64,000 nt of DNA from Utricularia gibba (Eukaryota > Plantae > Magnoliophyta): positions 310,001 through 374,000 of the forward strand of contig CM007989.1 of NCBI GenBank assembly GCA_002189035.1, read 5' to 3'. This document shows positions 12,665 through 25,800 of the stretch, piece after piece. How positions within the stretch are numbered: position 1 is the stretch's first letter; every line of letters begins with the position of its first letter. A model generated the notes under the pieces. The model was not told where the DNA came from. It did not search any database and worked only from the letters and a program-made list of their open reading frames with translations. The position numbers were made by a program, and so were the translations under genes.

Positions 12665-12939
12665 AGAGCATCCTCTCCCACGAGATGACCGTTCTGCTGA
12701 AGGAGAACGGAAACAGAAATTCTCAGAGGATAAGATATCGCGAATCACACAGCCTAACGGTTATTTTTCTGTTCTATAAATATGGCTTCGTTGTAAAGGA
12801 GAAATATGCTATTTTTGTAGCTGAAAAACCTCAATACAATATCCAAATCTCCAACAACATCCATTCTCAAACACCAACATCAGCAAAATTATCCTGTCAA
12901 CCCTCATTACCACATTGGAAATCATCTATTCTTCCAATA
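12423..12939 (+). repeat. 3' LTR (517 bp)
   Basis: Near-identical copy of the 5' LTR, ending TCCAATA and followed by TSD ACTCC. Confidence 0.96.
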
Positions 12940-13124
12940 ACTCCATGCTACTAATCAGCCTGCGGTTTGACGTGTGGTTTTAGACTTGTATTGTTAGTTT
13001 TTTAAGGAACAACTACAAAAAGGTTTTTAGCTACTTCAAACGGGATCGTTTCCCCGCCTTGTCTCAAAACATCAACGATCCCCCACATATTTACAACGCA
13101 AAAACGTGTCCTAACCCTTATTTA

Positions 13125-13611
13125 TCAAGCTTTTCCGTCGTTGACAGCCGCCGCCTCCGCCAAGGCTTCTCCGACTCCTCCTCCCGTGGTTTTGATTCCC
13201 GCGCCATGTTTTTTCTCCGCTGCGGAGACAGCAATGGCGTCGTCCAGGGTAACCAGCTTGTCCTCTGTTAATTTTGTCTTGGCATCCTAAAAAAAAGACG
13301 TAGCCACTACTGGGAATGGTGCCATGCGATAACTATATACATGATTTGGTGGTAGAGATGAATTTGACCTTCAAAATATCTCCCAAGATGATTTTATCAT
13401 CAACGTTGGGGGTTCGAACATTCATGGCGGCCGCGGATTGTACCTGAGCGGCCACCCCGCCTGGGACCACGGTGCCCGTGGCGCGGGCCTCGGCAGCCTG
13501 CACGGCACTGGCGTCTGCTCGAGTCACCTTTTTAGCTTCTGCAGTTTTACCCGCACTTTCTAGGGCTTGGCCTATGGTGATCGGCTCCTGTGTGGGTGTG
13601 TTACTACTCAT
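13125..13611 (-). CDS. LEA seed maturation protein (SMP / D-34 family), copy 2, 2 exons
   Basis: Exons 13611-13369 and 13286-13125, intron at the same position as copy 1. MSSNTPTQEPITIGQALESAG...DASAVQAAEARATG...GGVAAQVQSAA|DAKTKLTEDKLVTLDDA...AVNDGKA*. Confidence 0.9.
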
Positions 13612-13685
13612 GGTGTTGGTGGGGGTGAGGAGGAGGATGATGAACTCCAAGCTTTATGTACAGAAGCTATGGCGGATATACAATC

Positions 13686-13795
13686 GGCACGTGTAAAAAT
13701 TACTTGGTGACTCGCGGTCATCAACTTCTTACTGTCAAAATGTACTGTGGACACGTGTTGGGGTTCCTGGCCAGTGCCGATTTCCGACACGTGTT
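13686..13795 (-). promoter_or_regulatory. Three G-box/ABRE elements upstream of LEA copy 2
   Basis: CACGTG at 13688-13693, 13752-13757 and 13788-13793; the last lies within CCGACACGTG. Confidence 0.7.
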
Positions 13796-14489
13796 GGAGA
13801 TACCCATGAGCTTGGTAGCGAGTTAATTCACGAACTGTCTGTCATCGTTGACCAGCAGTCAAAGCTTCTCAGATGGTTTCTGTCGCAGGGGGTTTGTTTG
13901 GAGTTTTCGTTTGTGTGAGTATCGAAACGTAGTTCTAAAATATTATGAGGGCTAATTGGGTAATTTTTGGAGTTCGGCAACGTTCCTGTTGTTGGCATTT
14001 AAATCCAACTCTGAGTGCATTTGGAATCCGCTCGATTAAAATATCAAAAGGAAAGGGAATGGATTGTCAGTTAAATTGACCCCAAGCGCCAGTGGCTTCT
14101 GCTCCTTATCGTGAAGCTGAGGACGCTTTAGTCCTACCGCAGTTGGAAATCAAGGTTAGTTGTGTTTGATCGGTTTTGTCATCAGATCTACCGTCTTTTG
14201 TTCATCGTTTTCTAGATCTCGTTTCGATCTGCTTGTAGTGACGCGTGTTTGGTTTATGATGTGTGTAGATCTGAACAACTGTGTAGTGGAGGTGCGGTGG
14301 TTGTGCGTACGCACCGGTTTAAGTATATGTTTGTCAGGAGTGCTAGGATTGAGGTTGGAAAGCTCGGGTTTTGGTTATTGCGGAACAGATCTGAACCCTG
14401 TGGAAGAACTCTGCGGCGAATTTGGGGATCTTTTGTGGTTGTGGTTAAGGAATCAGGAACGTGTAGGTTAATTCTTCGAAGTGCGTGGG

Positions 14490-15091
14490 ATGGAGACTCT
14501 AGTTGTTGCTCACCATCGAAATGGTCACCATCAGTATTACGGTCGAAGCCGAGGCCACGGGTCTCCGAAAGATGGATACTTCTCATCTCCTCCATCGGCG
14601 AATTTCAGGGCCATTAATTGTAGGTCTTTCGAATCTGGAAGTGGCTTGCTCCCCGTTCCTTTCTCAGACTCAACCTCTGTCAATAGAAGGGAGTTTCGGA
14701 CACCCAAAAGTATTTCACCGTGTTTGACTGAAAAAAGAAAAGGCTCCACTAGTATTTTGAATTATCGATCCGTTCCTGTTCCTATTAAGATCAAATTTGA
14801 AGAGCTGCAGGAAGAAATGTTTTTTTCTGAGCGTTGGGCCGGACCTGCATACTCTAATTCTCCCCCGCCAAGCTCCTTGCCAATACCAAGGTTCTCATTC
14901 CCCCCAAAAGAACTTCTTCTCTCGAGTTGCCTTCCTTGGTTTGTAAAATTGACCTGGGATTTATGGCAAATTCAGCTCCTACTTCCCCAGTTAGAGATCG
15001 CAGCCCTTCTCCAGTCAATGCATTTGACTTTTCTGATTCTGCTACTAGGACTCTTCGGCGTATCCTCAATCTCGATATTGCTGATGAATGA
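14490..15091 (+). CDS. Plant PNRC-motif (proline-rich) protein, single coding exon, apparent -1 frameshift at ~14900-14909
   Basis: METLVVAHHRN...INCRSFESGSGLLP...SERWAGPAYSNSPPPSSLPIPRFS. The family-like C-terminus (PKRTSSLELP...ANSAPTSP...SATRTLRRILNLDIADE*) lies in the adjacent frame after the C6A4 run. Confidence 0.78.
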
Positions 15092-16932
15092 TGCAGTGGG
15101 TTATCGTTGGTAGTGTTTAAGTGAATAAGGTCATAGTGATGCTTTGTTGGCTAGTCGTAAATAAAATAAAAAGGATGATTCGTCTCCTTGCATAATGGAG
15201 TCGTGCAGTTACCGTCCAGCTGCTGCTATTTTGGTTGAATATCATCTCCAAGGCCTCTGGGGAGCTAGAGTGTTTTCTTTCTAGAATGGCTGGGAATGTT
15301 TGGGTGTTAGTTTGGATAGATTTTATCAAGGATGGAACACAGGATTGGGCCGTCAATCATCATGGAGTTGTTGGTGGATGGGTAGATCATTGAACAAACT
15401 TAGTTCTGTTGTGGAAGTGGGACTTCTATTCTCTAGCTGTATCTTCGTTCTGTGTCATTCTTGTCCACTTCTGTTGCATTGTGTACATACTGTGGAGTCC
15501 ATAGATAACCTGACATGTAGAATTTCCCTCCTTTTTTTTTTCGATCCGAGACCCTCTCTGACCTTTTCATTCTTGCTAGTCAGATACTTCCTGTGGATAT
15601 TCTTTTCCTTCTTTTTTTTATCCATTGTTGCCTGGAATGGCAAAGCTTTCTTTTATCCCTTGCTTTCTTACCTACCTCCCCTCCCCTCTTTTTCCACTCG
15701 GACTTTTTGCATCCCTTGTTTATCCTTCACCATATTTCTTGTTTTTTGGGAAAGAAATATGGGAAGGCAAGTATATGTAGATGATCAATGTAGTATATTT
15801 TGTAGGTTTGATAAGTATCATGTCTGCTGCATCCTTTCATCTTTCATTCCTCAGTCTAAGTAAATGTTCTTTGGTACCTTTTTCCATGAGCTCTTCCTCT
15901 CCACCTGGCCTACCAGTCTGTTTCTGTTTGATCCCTCTTGTCCTGGAGTTGTGTTACGGAGATTTTCGACCTACTGAAGTTCCATTCTGCAGGTACTAAA
16001 TAAAATTTTTGTGATCTTCATTTGACGTCATCTCAAAGCAGCTTTTTAATTCATGTTGTTTCATGGTTGCGCAGGTAGCGGTTGCAAGGCTTTCCAGAAT
16101 GCTTGATCTCCTTACTTGGTTGTTGTAGTCAGTTGTTGAGTGTTGTTTTCCGAATGTGTACCCCTAAGTGCATCACTGGCCATCTGTGTGTCTATGTTTA
16201 CTGCGTTTTCTAGTTTCCTTTGTCTCGTCATGTGCGTGTCTGTCTGTCAGTCTCTAAGTGTGTGCACATCTACATGTTATGCCTTTTATCTTCATGGAAC
16301 CTTGAGTTTATCTAGTTCGTTGTTGTGGATTAGTATCACTGGAAATTTCAATGCTAGATCGCAGAGTCGCTGCATCCCCAATTCTATTCCACCTTTACGT
16401 AAAGAGTTGATGAAATATTACAACATCCTGCCTTGCATAGTCAACTCGATGCAACTACCCTTTTGCATGGATGAAGTCTATTAATTGAACAGTATCAGCA
16501 TTTGCTATGTGGTCCTGGTCCCTGCTGTGGGCAGAGGGCGTAGCAATCCAGGGGTCACGGTTGCTTTAGAGCTGTTCTTTTAGCCTTTTGCCTTTAGGAG
16601 GGTGGGGGTTGTTTTCTCATAAATCTCTGGTGATTGCAATATTTTAGGAACAGCGAAGCTGAGAACAACCAGTGAATTCCTTTTTGCTCCCTTTTCCCAT
16701 CAGCACCAGTAAGCTGGATCAGTAGTAAGTCTTATGTGAAACAGTGGAGAGGAGCAGTGAGATAAAAAAGAGAAAAATTCTGAAAAAAATCCAACACTCT
16801 GCAGCCAAAATCCCCTGTCCTCAGTTACAATAACATAGAGTCGTGGGAGGAGGAGTTGAATGAGTTTCCCTTGGTTCGAGCTGTGTCTCTAGAAAGAAGC
16901 CATCCAGCTCAGGCCCACCTCTTGATGCTCCT

Positions 16933-18024
16933 TCACTCCTTTCCCAAAAGCATCGTTTCATGGGGCCTGCATTCATGGCTGCAGTAGCCTTTCTCTCCCC
17001 TGTGAAAGAAATAAGTAAATCAACTTTCTTGACAACCCCATCTCAGAAAGATGCTTTTTTTGGGAATTAAGAAAAGAAAAACGTATTATATTATACTTGG
17101 GGATCACAGCAATCATTGGTGGTGTGCCTGCAATTATGAAATGGAATCAAACCTGTACAGGTATAGCTCTTTGTCTGGATGGAGGACATCTTTGCAGAAG
17201 TAACAAAAACTGAGGAAATCGGAGGAATCTGATGGATGTGGGTTACTTTCAGAGGTAGAGTCATCATCCTTCACTTCCTCAGTGTACGAGGAGACGGTAT
17301 GAACACCATGGCGATCATCATCATCATCATCATCCCAGCAGCAGCAGCTCTCCACGATGTACTCATCGAATATGTGTTTGGTTTTTGGGTTTGGACCATG
17401 AGTGATCACGCATGTGTAATCCTCAGAAAGCTCCATTTCCTTGAGAGAGAGCTGCCTGATGAGATGGCTTGGTCTGGACAACGGACTTGCAAGCTGCGGA
17501 CTCCTCGTTTTCGTTCCGAATTCCACCGGGGATTTCGGCGAATCTACCGGAGAAACGGGAGGCTGAACAGCAGCAGCAGCAGCAGGATAATTGGTCGCCG
17601 GAATCTGGACTTTGAGCCTTGATCCCAGCAACACCATCCTGCTGATTGGCTTGGAGAAGTTCCCGCTGAATAACTCTTCACTCTTCTCTTCGACAATGGA
17701 ATCAATCAAAGCAAGCCCAGTAGCTTTGTTAGTACGGTCTGGGCTTTCAGGAGATGGGGTTGAAGACTTGGGGTGGTTTCTGTCAAATGGGTTCACAAAA
17801 AGAGTCGAGTTCTTGGTGTCGCGGATTGAAACAGGGCCGGAGACGGCAAGGGTCTCTGAATCCGAAGGATTCTTAGACAAATAGCCATTGAAGAACCTCG
17901 GAGAACCCAGAAAAGGCGAAATCGGGGAACAGGAAAAGGTTCTAATGGGAGAAAGCATTGAAGCCTGATCAGCAACTACAACTGGTTTGCTGGTAACTGC
18001 CCTGGATCTGTTCCTCAGCATCAT
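16933..18024 (-). CDS. FLZ: FCS-like zinc finger (FLZ, DUF581) protein, MARD1/FLZ8-10 type, 2 exons
   Basis: Exon 18024-17153 (MMLRNRSRAVTSKP...ELSEDYTCVITHGPNPKTKHIFD...DFLSFCYFCK..LYLYR) plus exon 16999-16933 (GEKGYCSHECR...*). Confidence 0.9.
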
Positions 18025-19653
18025 TAGTATTGTGATCCGGATCCTTGATCACAAACACAGGCCTAGCTGCATCACAACAGGAGAATAAAAGTGTAAAAAT
18101 TCCCACATGATAACCATCCAAAACTGTAACTGAAAGCTTTCCTTAGTAAGGAACCTGCCTGAAATGAAACCAGTGGCTATTATTACAATTCCATGAGCAC
18201 CAGCTGCAAAAAAAAGAACACTTTCCTCGAAAGAATAACCAGAAGATGACTTTTCCCTCAAAGCCCAGAAGAATCACACTCTTTAACAGGCTACGAAAGA
18301 TGATAAAGCAGAATAAAAACAACACCCAAATCTCCCCTGCTAAATCTCGTCCACCTCCATCTGTTTTCTCACAGTTTACAGATTCAAAAGAACACAAAGG
18401 TCCACCAATCGTTCTTTTACCTTCAGAAAAATCTCACTACAAACTAAAAGAAACAAGGCCCATCTTCTCCCAATTCACCGATCATCACTGGAATTCGAGG
18501 GAATCAGGAGAGAAAAAACAAGGGAGGGGGAAATGATCGAGCTTGGTTTTAATGAAGAGAAAGAGGAAAAGGTACACTAATTGGGTTTCGCAGAAACGGA
18601 GAATAAGAAGAAAAAAAAAAGTATACAGGACAAGAAAGCTAACGCCAGCAACATGATGAGGGCCCCTAACGCCTCTCACCCAGTTTTGGACTTTAGCTTC
18701 CTTCTGAAATTATTGCACCAAAAAAAATACAAAAAATATTATCCGAATTTATTGAAAAAACATGCAAGTCCCACTCCAATGAACTAAACCAGACCAAACC
18801 CAACTCCTCCCAACGTTCCTCAAAAATCAGCCTTTTGTTTTCTAACACAGTCGCATTTCATTACACTGTGCCCCATCGGCGCCACATATCGAACTTGGTT
18901 GAGAGAAAGGAGTCCAGTTGCGTCTGAAGATCTTCTCCATTGACTCAAAGCCTCTTAAACGGCTTGTGGGTAATGAAGAATATTGCTTTGAATGCCTCAA
19001 CCACTACACACGAAGCATTTGGTAGGTCTCTGCCTTGTTGTATAAGATTTGAACACTGCGCAGAAGATAAGATTAAGGTTTGTCTTTTTTCTAAAGTGCG
19101 TAATGTAATGATAAGTTATTGAAAAGGCGACAAGAGATGGTAAATTTCCCACCGACACGTGCCGCTGTCGCGCTCATTTTCTTCCTCCTGTTTTTCCATC
19201 TCCAAACGCAACCCCCAAATAATAATACACATGTTGTATTTCACTGTGGACATCCATCGCCTTCTTTTTCTTACAAGCTTCACTCAACGTGACGACATGA
19301 TGCTGCAACTTGTTTTCATGGCATGGTCCAAGGCTACTCTTTTAGTCACCCAAGCCTCGTTTATTTATGTATAGTTTCCAAGGGAGAGATGAGCATGAAA
19401 CTAAACATCCAAAATGAACTGAAATCTAAGGAACAGCAGGGAATGGTACACCAGAGTTTGGCTGAAGCTTCGTATCATTTCTACCTCTATTTCACCTCTA
19501 ATTTTTGAGGCACACTGCTCAAAGGAGAAGAAATAAACGCTCTATCTATCCACCATAGCCTTCTCAGCACGTCACATTTCTGACATTCAAGGTTATCGGC
19601 TATTGTTCTGGTTCCATGGCATGGACAGGTGAATCCGGTGAAATGCCAACCAC

Positions 19654-22175
19654 CTACTGTGCCACTGCCTTTTTTTTCTTGGGTCTCCTCTTTCTTCGTG
19701 GTTTCCTTGCATCAGAGTTGGAGCTCAGATTACCACTGTTTCCAGTGGCGGAGGACACAGGCCGCTCCTTTCGATTGAAGAGTCTGCCAGTGCTGCTGGA
19801 TGTGTTGCTTGAAGTAGACAAACCGGATCTCTTACTTGAAGTTGCTGCAAATCTCTCTGCATTCTTCTTGGACCTTGATGGACCAGGAGGTGGCATCAGG
19901 GCACGTGCGGAGATGCGCCTCTGCAAGAAGGAAAGGTTTGAACATTACTGGACTCGACAGAATGATGGTCGCATATGCAAACACCTTATTTCTTTCATCG
20001 CTGGATACCCCAGATGCTGCTATTCCAGAGGCGCTTGAAGCTTGCTCCCTGCGTGGTTTGTTTAAGGGTCAACTAGAGAGTAAGTGAATCTCCATTTCGA
20101 ATTTCCCTAACGCTTATGAGATTATGGGGATTAAGATCAATTGCAAAGCTCAGGGTATCCAAGGGCACACATTTCCATGACGTGTAAACATAGACTATTG
20201 GACTGACTCATGTACCTTGCGCTCCACTCATCATCTGCATCAGCCTCATCACTAGAGCTTCCATTCAAGAAAAAATCATCATCACTTAGATCCAAAAGTC
20301 CGTCATCCTCACTCCCAGTTTCTGCCATAGAAATTCAAACTCAAATAAAGAACTAGAGGTTTGTCATGTAATACTAGGAACTAGAGACAACATGACCCAT
20401 CCACAATGAATGATCAACACTTAGAGCGCTAACTATTGGAAATCTGATTATAACATATTCTGATAAAATGGAATCAGTGATAGAAACCAAGTACCAGTCA
20501 TTCAAAATAGCGAACCGTAAATTACTCATTGCCTTCCTCTGAAGAAACATGGAATACCAAAAAACGAGTTGTAATGTTAAGCCTAAATAAACTGGCAGCC
20601 CATGACTGTACAGAAATTCTAACCTTTGCCTTGTGCTAATTTCTCAGTAATTTACACAGCAACAGGGATAAACATTCAGCTCAATGTTCAATCAAATTTA
20701 AAAGCAAAAGAAAAAAAATTAGAAGCACCTTCCAGATCCTTTCCACTTGCTGCAGCAGCAATGAGGTTGTCCTTAATTTGTTTACGCAATCTATTTCTCT
20801 TATCCACTGTTTCTTCCGCATCACCTCCCATAAATAATGGGATATATCTCTCGGTCTTAGGGAAGAACTGCAAGTACATCAAAAGAAAAATTGGGAAAAG
20901 TATTATTTCAGAGGTAGAATGTAAGACACGATTTTACTGAAAGACTAATTCCACCTAAGAAACATTTCCCAAACTCGAAAGAGGGAAAAAGACATTAACT
21001 AAAAGAAGACAACGTCCAACTCAAGAGGTTGATTTCTTTAAGAGACAAAAAGAAAGAAAAATGTCCAGGTAAACTTAAGGAATCAGAGCTGATCCCTCAT
21101 CTTGTTCATAAATATAAATAAGGGAAAACAGGAGAGAGCAGTGATACAGTAAAACACTAAACGACAAGGGGAAGGAACAGGCCAAAGTTTTGGAGTACTC
21201 ATGGTCATACTTTGACATACTCAAGATCCTCATTCAATTTTGCACGTTGGTCAGACAATTCGGAGTTATGTGTGTGGCCAGTTGACGCTCGCTGCTTCTT
21301 TTCCAGTCGTCTCAGTCTTCGCTCGATCTTCCTTCTCTCTGGTAACATAAATATGCACTGAGATCATTTAAAACACTTTTGAGCACCAAACCAGGCACCC
21401 ATATCTGCTATACTGCAGAAATCCCAAAATGGTAAAGTGTCTCACCGAAAAATCTAATCTTCCTGTCACGCAAAAACACCTGGGATTCGATGGCCAGATT
21501 ATTATGGATCTCTTGTTGTTTCTTGAGCTGTTTCAATTTCTGAAACTGAGCCTCCTTAACATCCGGAGGCAGGTCCTGCAATATGAAAATGATTTAACAA
21601 CGTAACTGTGAACAGAATGTACCACAATAATGTAGTACAAATTCATTAGAGCATAACGTAAAAATTTGACACACAGTCCATCACTGGAAAACGAGACCCA
21701 AGCAAGTAACCAGGTCAAGGAAAATCACAAGTGCAAAGTTCACACCAAAAATATGCTACTTCATGGTATAATCCTTCCCTTTCATCGGAATCAATCCAAC
21801 TCACGCATGTTCGTAAAAGGTCCAAGAATCTCAATCTACAACCAAAAAAGGGAGAGAGAAAGGAAAAAGACTAGGCTCGATCTACAGATACCAGCAAGGT
21901 GATGAAGCTAAATAAATAGTGATCAACACCACATCAAACCGCTGATCAACTAAAAAAGTTCTTAAGGGCGGGAAACACAAATAGGAGGGTGGAGACTGGA
22001 ATTCAGCACGAGGACACAAGCATACCTTGCGGAGAAAGCGTTCAATAGAGCGAATCTGGTTTTTAAGAGAAACTGCCTTGGGTTTGCTGGCCTTGGATTT
22101 CTTATCGACGCTTAAATCCTTAGGGCGGCGCTGAAGCACGGGCTTCCTCCGCCGGCCGTAGCCTCCGTGCCCCAT
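19654..22175 (-). CDS. EFG1: rRNA-processing protein EFG1 (DUF2361), multi-exon
   Basis: Exons give AVSLKNQIRSIERFLRK|DLPPDVKEAQ...VFLRDRKIRFF|ERRKIERRLRRLEK...EDLEYVK|FFPKTERYIPLF...|ETGSEDDGLLDLSDDDFF...|...KPRRKRRPKKKKAVAQ*. Confidence 0.88.
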
Positions 22176-22869
22176 ATGATCAACAATTAGGGCTCAGTCA
22201 TGCCCGCGCACTTTAGAATGCGTTTCCCGTTTTTATATTTTGCGTACAAATACAAAAACATGACAGCTGTAGCCTGTACGCATAAAACGTGAGTTGGATC
22301 TGGAGAACATAAAGTTTACATAAAAGCCCAATGGTCTCATAACTTCTTGGCCCAGGATTCGGAAATCGATTGCTGTTCCGTTCCCGGCATATCTACCAAC
22401 GTCTCTCTATCTCTCTCGTGTGTTTGCGCGCGATTGGCAGAACGTCTTTTTGCTTTTTTTCTGGTGGATCGAGGTGTTTTGGTAGATTTCCGATTATGTT
22501 ATCGTATGAGTCGCTGATTTTTTTTTTCCATTCTACAAGCTGTAGAGTGGACTGGATCGCAATGTCATACATATACTGTGATTTGAAGAACGTTTCTGAT
22601 TTTCAAATTGATTTCTGTCTAAATGTTATGTGATAGGATCTTGTATTGTGTCATACGTATTTTTCCTTGCTCTTTATTTGTGGATGCTGAAGTTGATGTG
22701 CCGATTGATGATATGATACATTTGTATGCTGTATTTAATTTAGACTGTTGAATAAATTCCAAATTGAATTTGATAACTTTCTGCAGAGGGAATTGTGTGT
22801 TGTTTCCGATACCTCTTATGAGCGTTTTATATTTTGAGGCAACGATTTGCGCTTCGTAACAGAAAAGAG

Positions 22870-25800
22870 ATGGCGGAACCGAAGGAGATAAACCACACTG
22901 CCACCCGTGGGGGAGACAACGAGGCACTTTTAGGTAGTGCGAATGTGCTTCAGAGACTCTTAATATGCACCATAGGATCAATATGCATGTGTTTTATTTG
23001 AGAAACACGATGAGGAACACTGAATAAGGATGTTTGGTGCAAATGAAATACATGAATTTAGGTGAATTGAGAACCTGCTCGCAAGATTCTTTTGTAAAAA
23101 CTACTGTAATATACCATGTAACTCATTGAGCGTAACTGATGACTATTGATACAGATTTGGACGATGATAAGGATTTTCTTGCTTCGTGGAAATCAATTAC
23201 GATGGGAGAATCAGACAAATTTGATTTTGACCTTACACCTGTTTCTAAGGGGAAAAAGAAATCGTTTGAGTTTGACCAGGGGTAATATCTCCTTATTTAG
23301 TGTTGATTGAATAAGTCGTTTTAGCTGTAATAAAAAGTGGTGTTTTCAGTTATTTTCATGTTGCGAGTTGAATTAGCTAGAGAATTCTATTTACCTTTTT
23401 TTCTGAGAGAAATTTTCATTTTTCAGGGATATGGACTTCAATTTGGACAGTGACTTTGGAAAAGTTTCATCTTTCAACATTGATATCCCTGATCTGGATA
23501 TCTCGCCTCCACTAAAAAAAGACGAACCCCACGAGAAAACCAAAGGATCGTCCATTAGAAGCAGTGAAAGAAACGCAGACCGCTTTGCCTTTGCATTTGA
23601 TTTTGACGAGTAAGCGTGTGACCGGCATATCAATTGGAAAAGCATTTCATGCTATTCTTTATATGGTTCTGCTTGCTGCTAAACATTCCTCTTTCATTCT
23701 CAATGTCACTCACCTCAGGTTGGGTAATTTTGACTTGGGACCTGCAGTCAAGCATTTCACTTCAAATATTCAAACTGAGAAAGATAAAGAAGGTTTCATA
23801 CGCAAAAGCAGTCGTGAAGTTGAAGCCGATTCCAAGATAAATAGTCTGGTTAGAGGTATCTGTGGCATTGAGGATGGGACTAGGAAGCCTTTCCAACCGA
23901 GGAACATGATGAAGATTGACATGGATTCTCTAATTGGCCGAAATGACAAAGGTGAACAAGAGAAAAAAGATCCCTGTCCAGAGGTTGACACCTTGGATGT
24001 TTCACCTGGAAATGAAGAAGTTCAAGTTGCATCTGAGAAGCCTAATGCATCTGCAGAAGCTGCAATGGATTCCATAGAACTAGCTCCAAAATTACTCGGT
24101 CTACAACATGAAGCTTCTGATGTTAAAACAACTGTTCAGGATTTTCCTTCTAGTTTTCTGTCTAATGGTGCACAAGAAGAAGGTGGTAATCCATGTAAGA
24201 CAATGGAAAAGGAGGAAGCTGTGACCAAAAGTGATTTTGATTCAGGTGGAACACAGGGTTTTAAATCTCCTACTGCTTCTTTTGGTCCATGTACTAAATC
24301 GGCTATGCCTGAAAAGTTCGATTTGACAAAACCTTCAGAGAAAGAAAACAATGTCGAAGATTCCGTGGTTGTAAAAACAGGGAAACCCGGGCACATTGGT
24401 GTTACTTTTCCGTCTGAAATCCCATCTGGTATTCCTCCTGCAACTGGGATTCTCGATGATGGCCCCTCTGGAGTGGATAAACAGCAAACTGCTTTTCACA
24501 TTTTATACAAGGGGTGGTATTGCTTACATTACATTTTAATTTTTAATTACAATATGAGAATGATCTTATGCTGCCATTTTTACTTTAAACGCTTTGCTAC
24601 ACATAGTAACTTGGTGCTGCTGCATCTTATACAGTCAGCATAGTGGTGTTTCAGAGATAACAATAAACAAAAGAACAAAACCCCCCATTTCAGGCTCAAC
24701 AGGTGTTGTTCAGTCAGAGAAACATGAAGTCAATTCATTGCCTTTTTCTACCCTATTTTCCTTTTTAAATACTGCAAAAGCAGGCATTACACAGCCTACT
24801 TTAGCTAAGGGAAAGAGGTTAGTTTAGCTGAACGAATTAGGCATTCTATATTGTTAGCTGAAATCAACCTCATGACTGCATGTAAATGATGTCATCATTT
24901 TTTAAAGGGCTTGGAAGGCATTCAGAAACCTGTTTCTGTTTCCTTGCATCCCTCCAATACCGTGAAAGGGAATGAACTTTCCCAGACGATGACCCCGAAA
25001 GGCTTTAAGGATTTGAAGATTGTTGGGTGAGACAACTGAGTTTTAATTCCAGTTCAATTTTTTTAATTACGTTGATAGCCTTAGTACAATAATTGGCATT
25101 CTACAGGAAGATGTGCTATGTTGGTGGATCATCAAATGAAAAGGAAACGAATGAATCATCTCTCAAAGAGAATGACATTCTGATGAAAGGAAAAGCTGAA
25201 CCTTGCCAACGAGAAATGATTATGAAAGACATAGGAATTGTGAGGTTCGTTTTCTTTTGTGGCAATCTGCATTTTGAGTCTGCTCTCGTTAACTTGATGT
25301 AAATAACTTCTCAGCTTTCCTGAACTGTTACATGTTTAAAATAGTCTTATTTCTCACGAAATAACAAGCATTTTTTTTAAAAAAAAAATCTGCTTTGGAA
25401 TGTCGATAGAAAACTCTCTTGATAAACCCTTAGGATGTAGTGCTCTGAAAACAATGGAGTATTGTCGCTCAAGTATAAGTCTCAAGATTTTGAAATTGAT
25501 TTAGTTATTCTTCTCGAGCCAGTCGTTGTTTTAGCATGGAATTCTCTGAAAATGCTTCGTAAAATGCTAGAAATGTGAAGCATGCATCACGTCCGGCTAC
25601 AAAAAATATAGCTGCAGACGGGAAGGGGTTTTCTCCAGTTGGCGATCGTAAGAAAATTGCCGTTCCTTGTGGCCGGAGAGCTTCAGGGTAAGACCATCTA
25701 AGACTGGTCGTCATGTGGGTTGAAACATTTTCTTTTTCAATGGCATGTGGGTTGAAGCATCAGTTGCTAAACAAAAATGTTTCTTTTGTATCTGTGCGTC

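Larger units (their letters stand above)
7410..12939 (+). mobile_element. Intact Ty1/copia LTR retrotransposon with 5-bp TSD (ACTCC)
   Basis: LTRs 7410-7939 and 12423-12939, TSD ACTCC at 7405-7409 and 12940-12944, PBS 7940-7957, PPT 12414-12422, and one uninterrupted gag-pol ORF in PR-INT-RT-RH order. Confidence 0.97.

Noticed and set aside
15300-15863. 187-aa hydrophobic ORF
   Set aside because: Product of a T/C-rich low-complexity tract with no recognisable domain.
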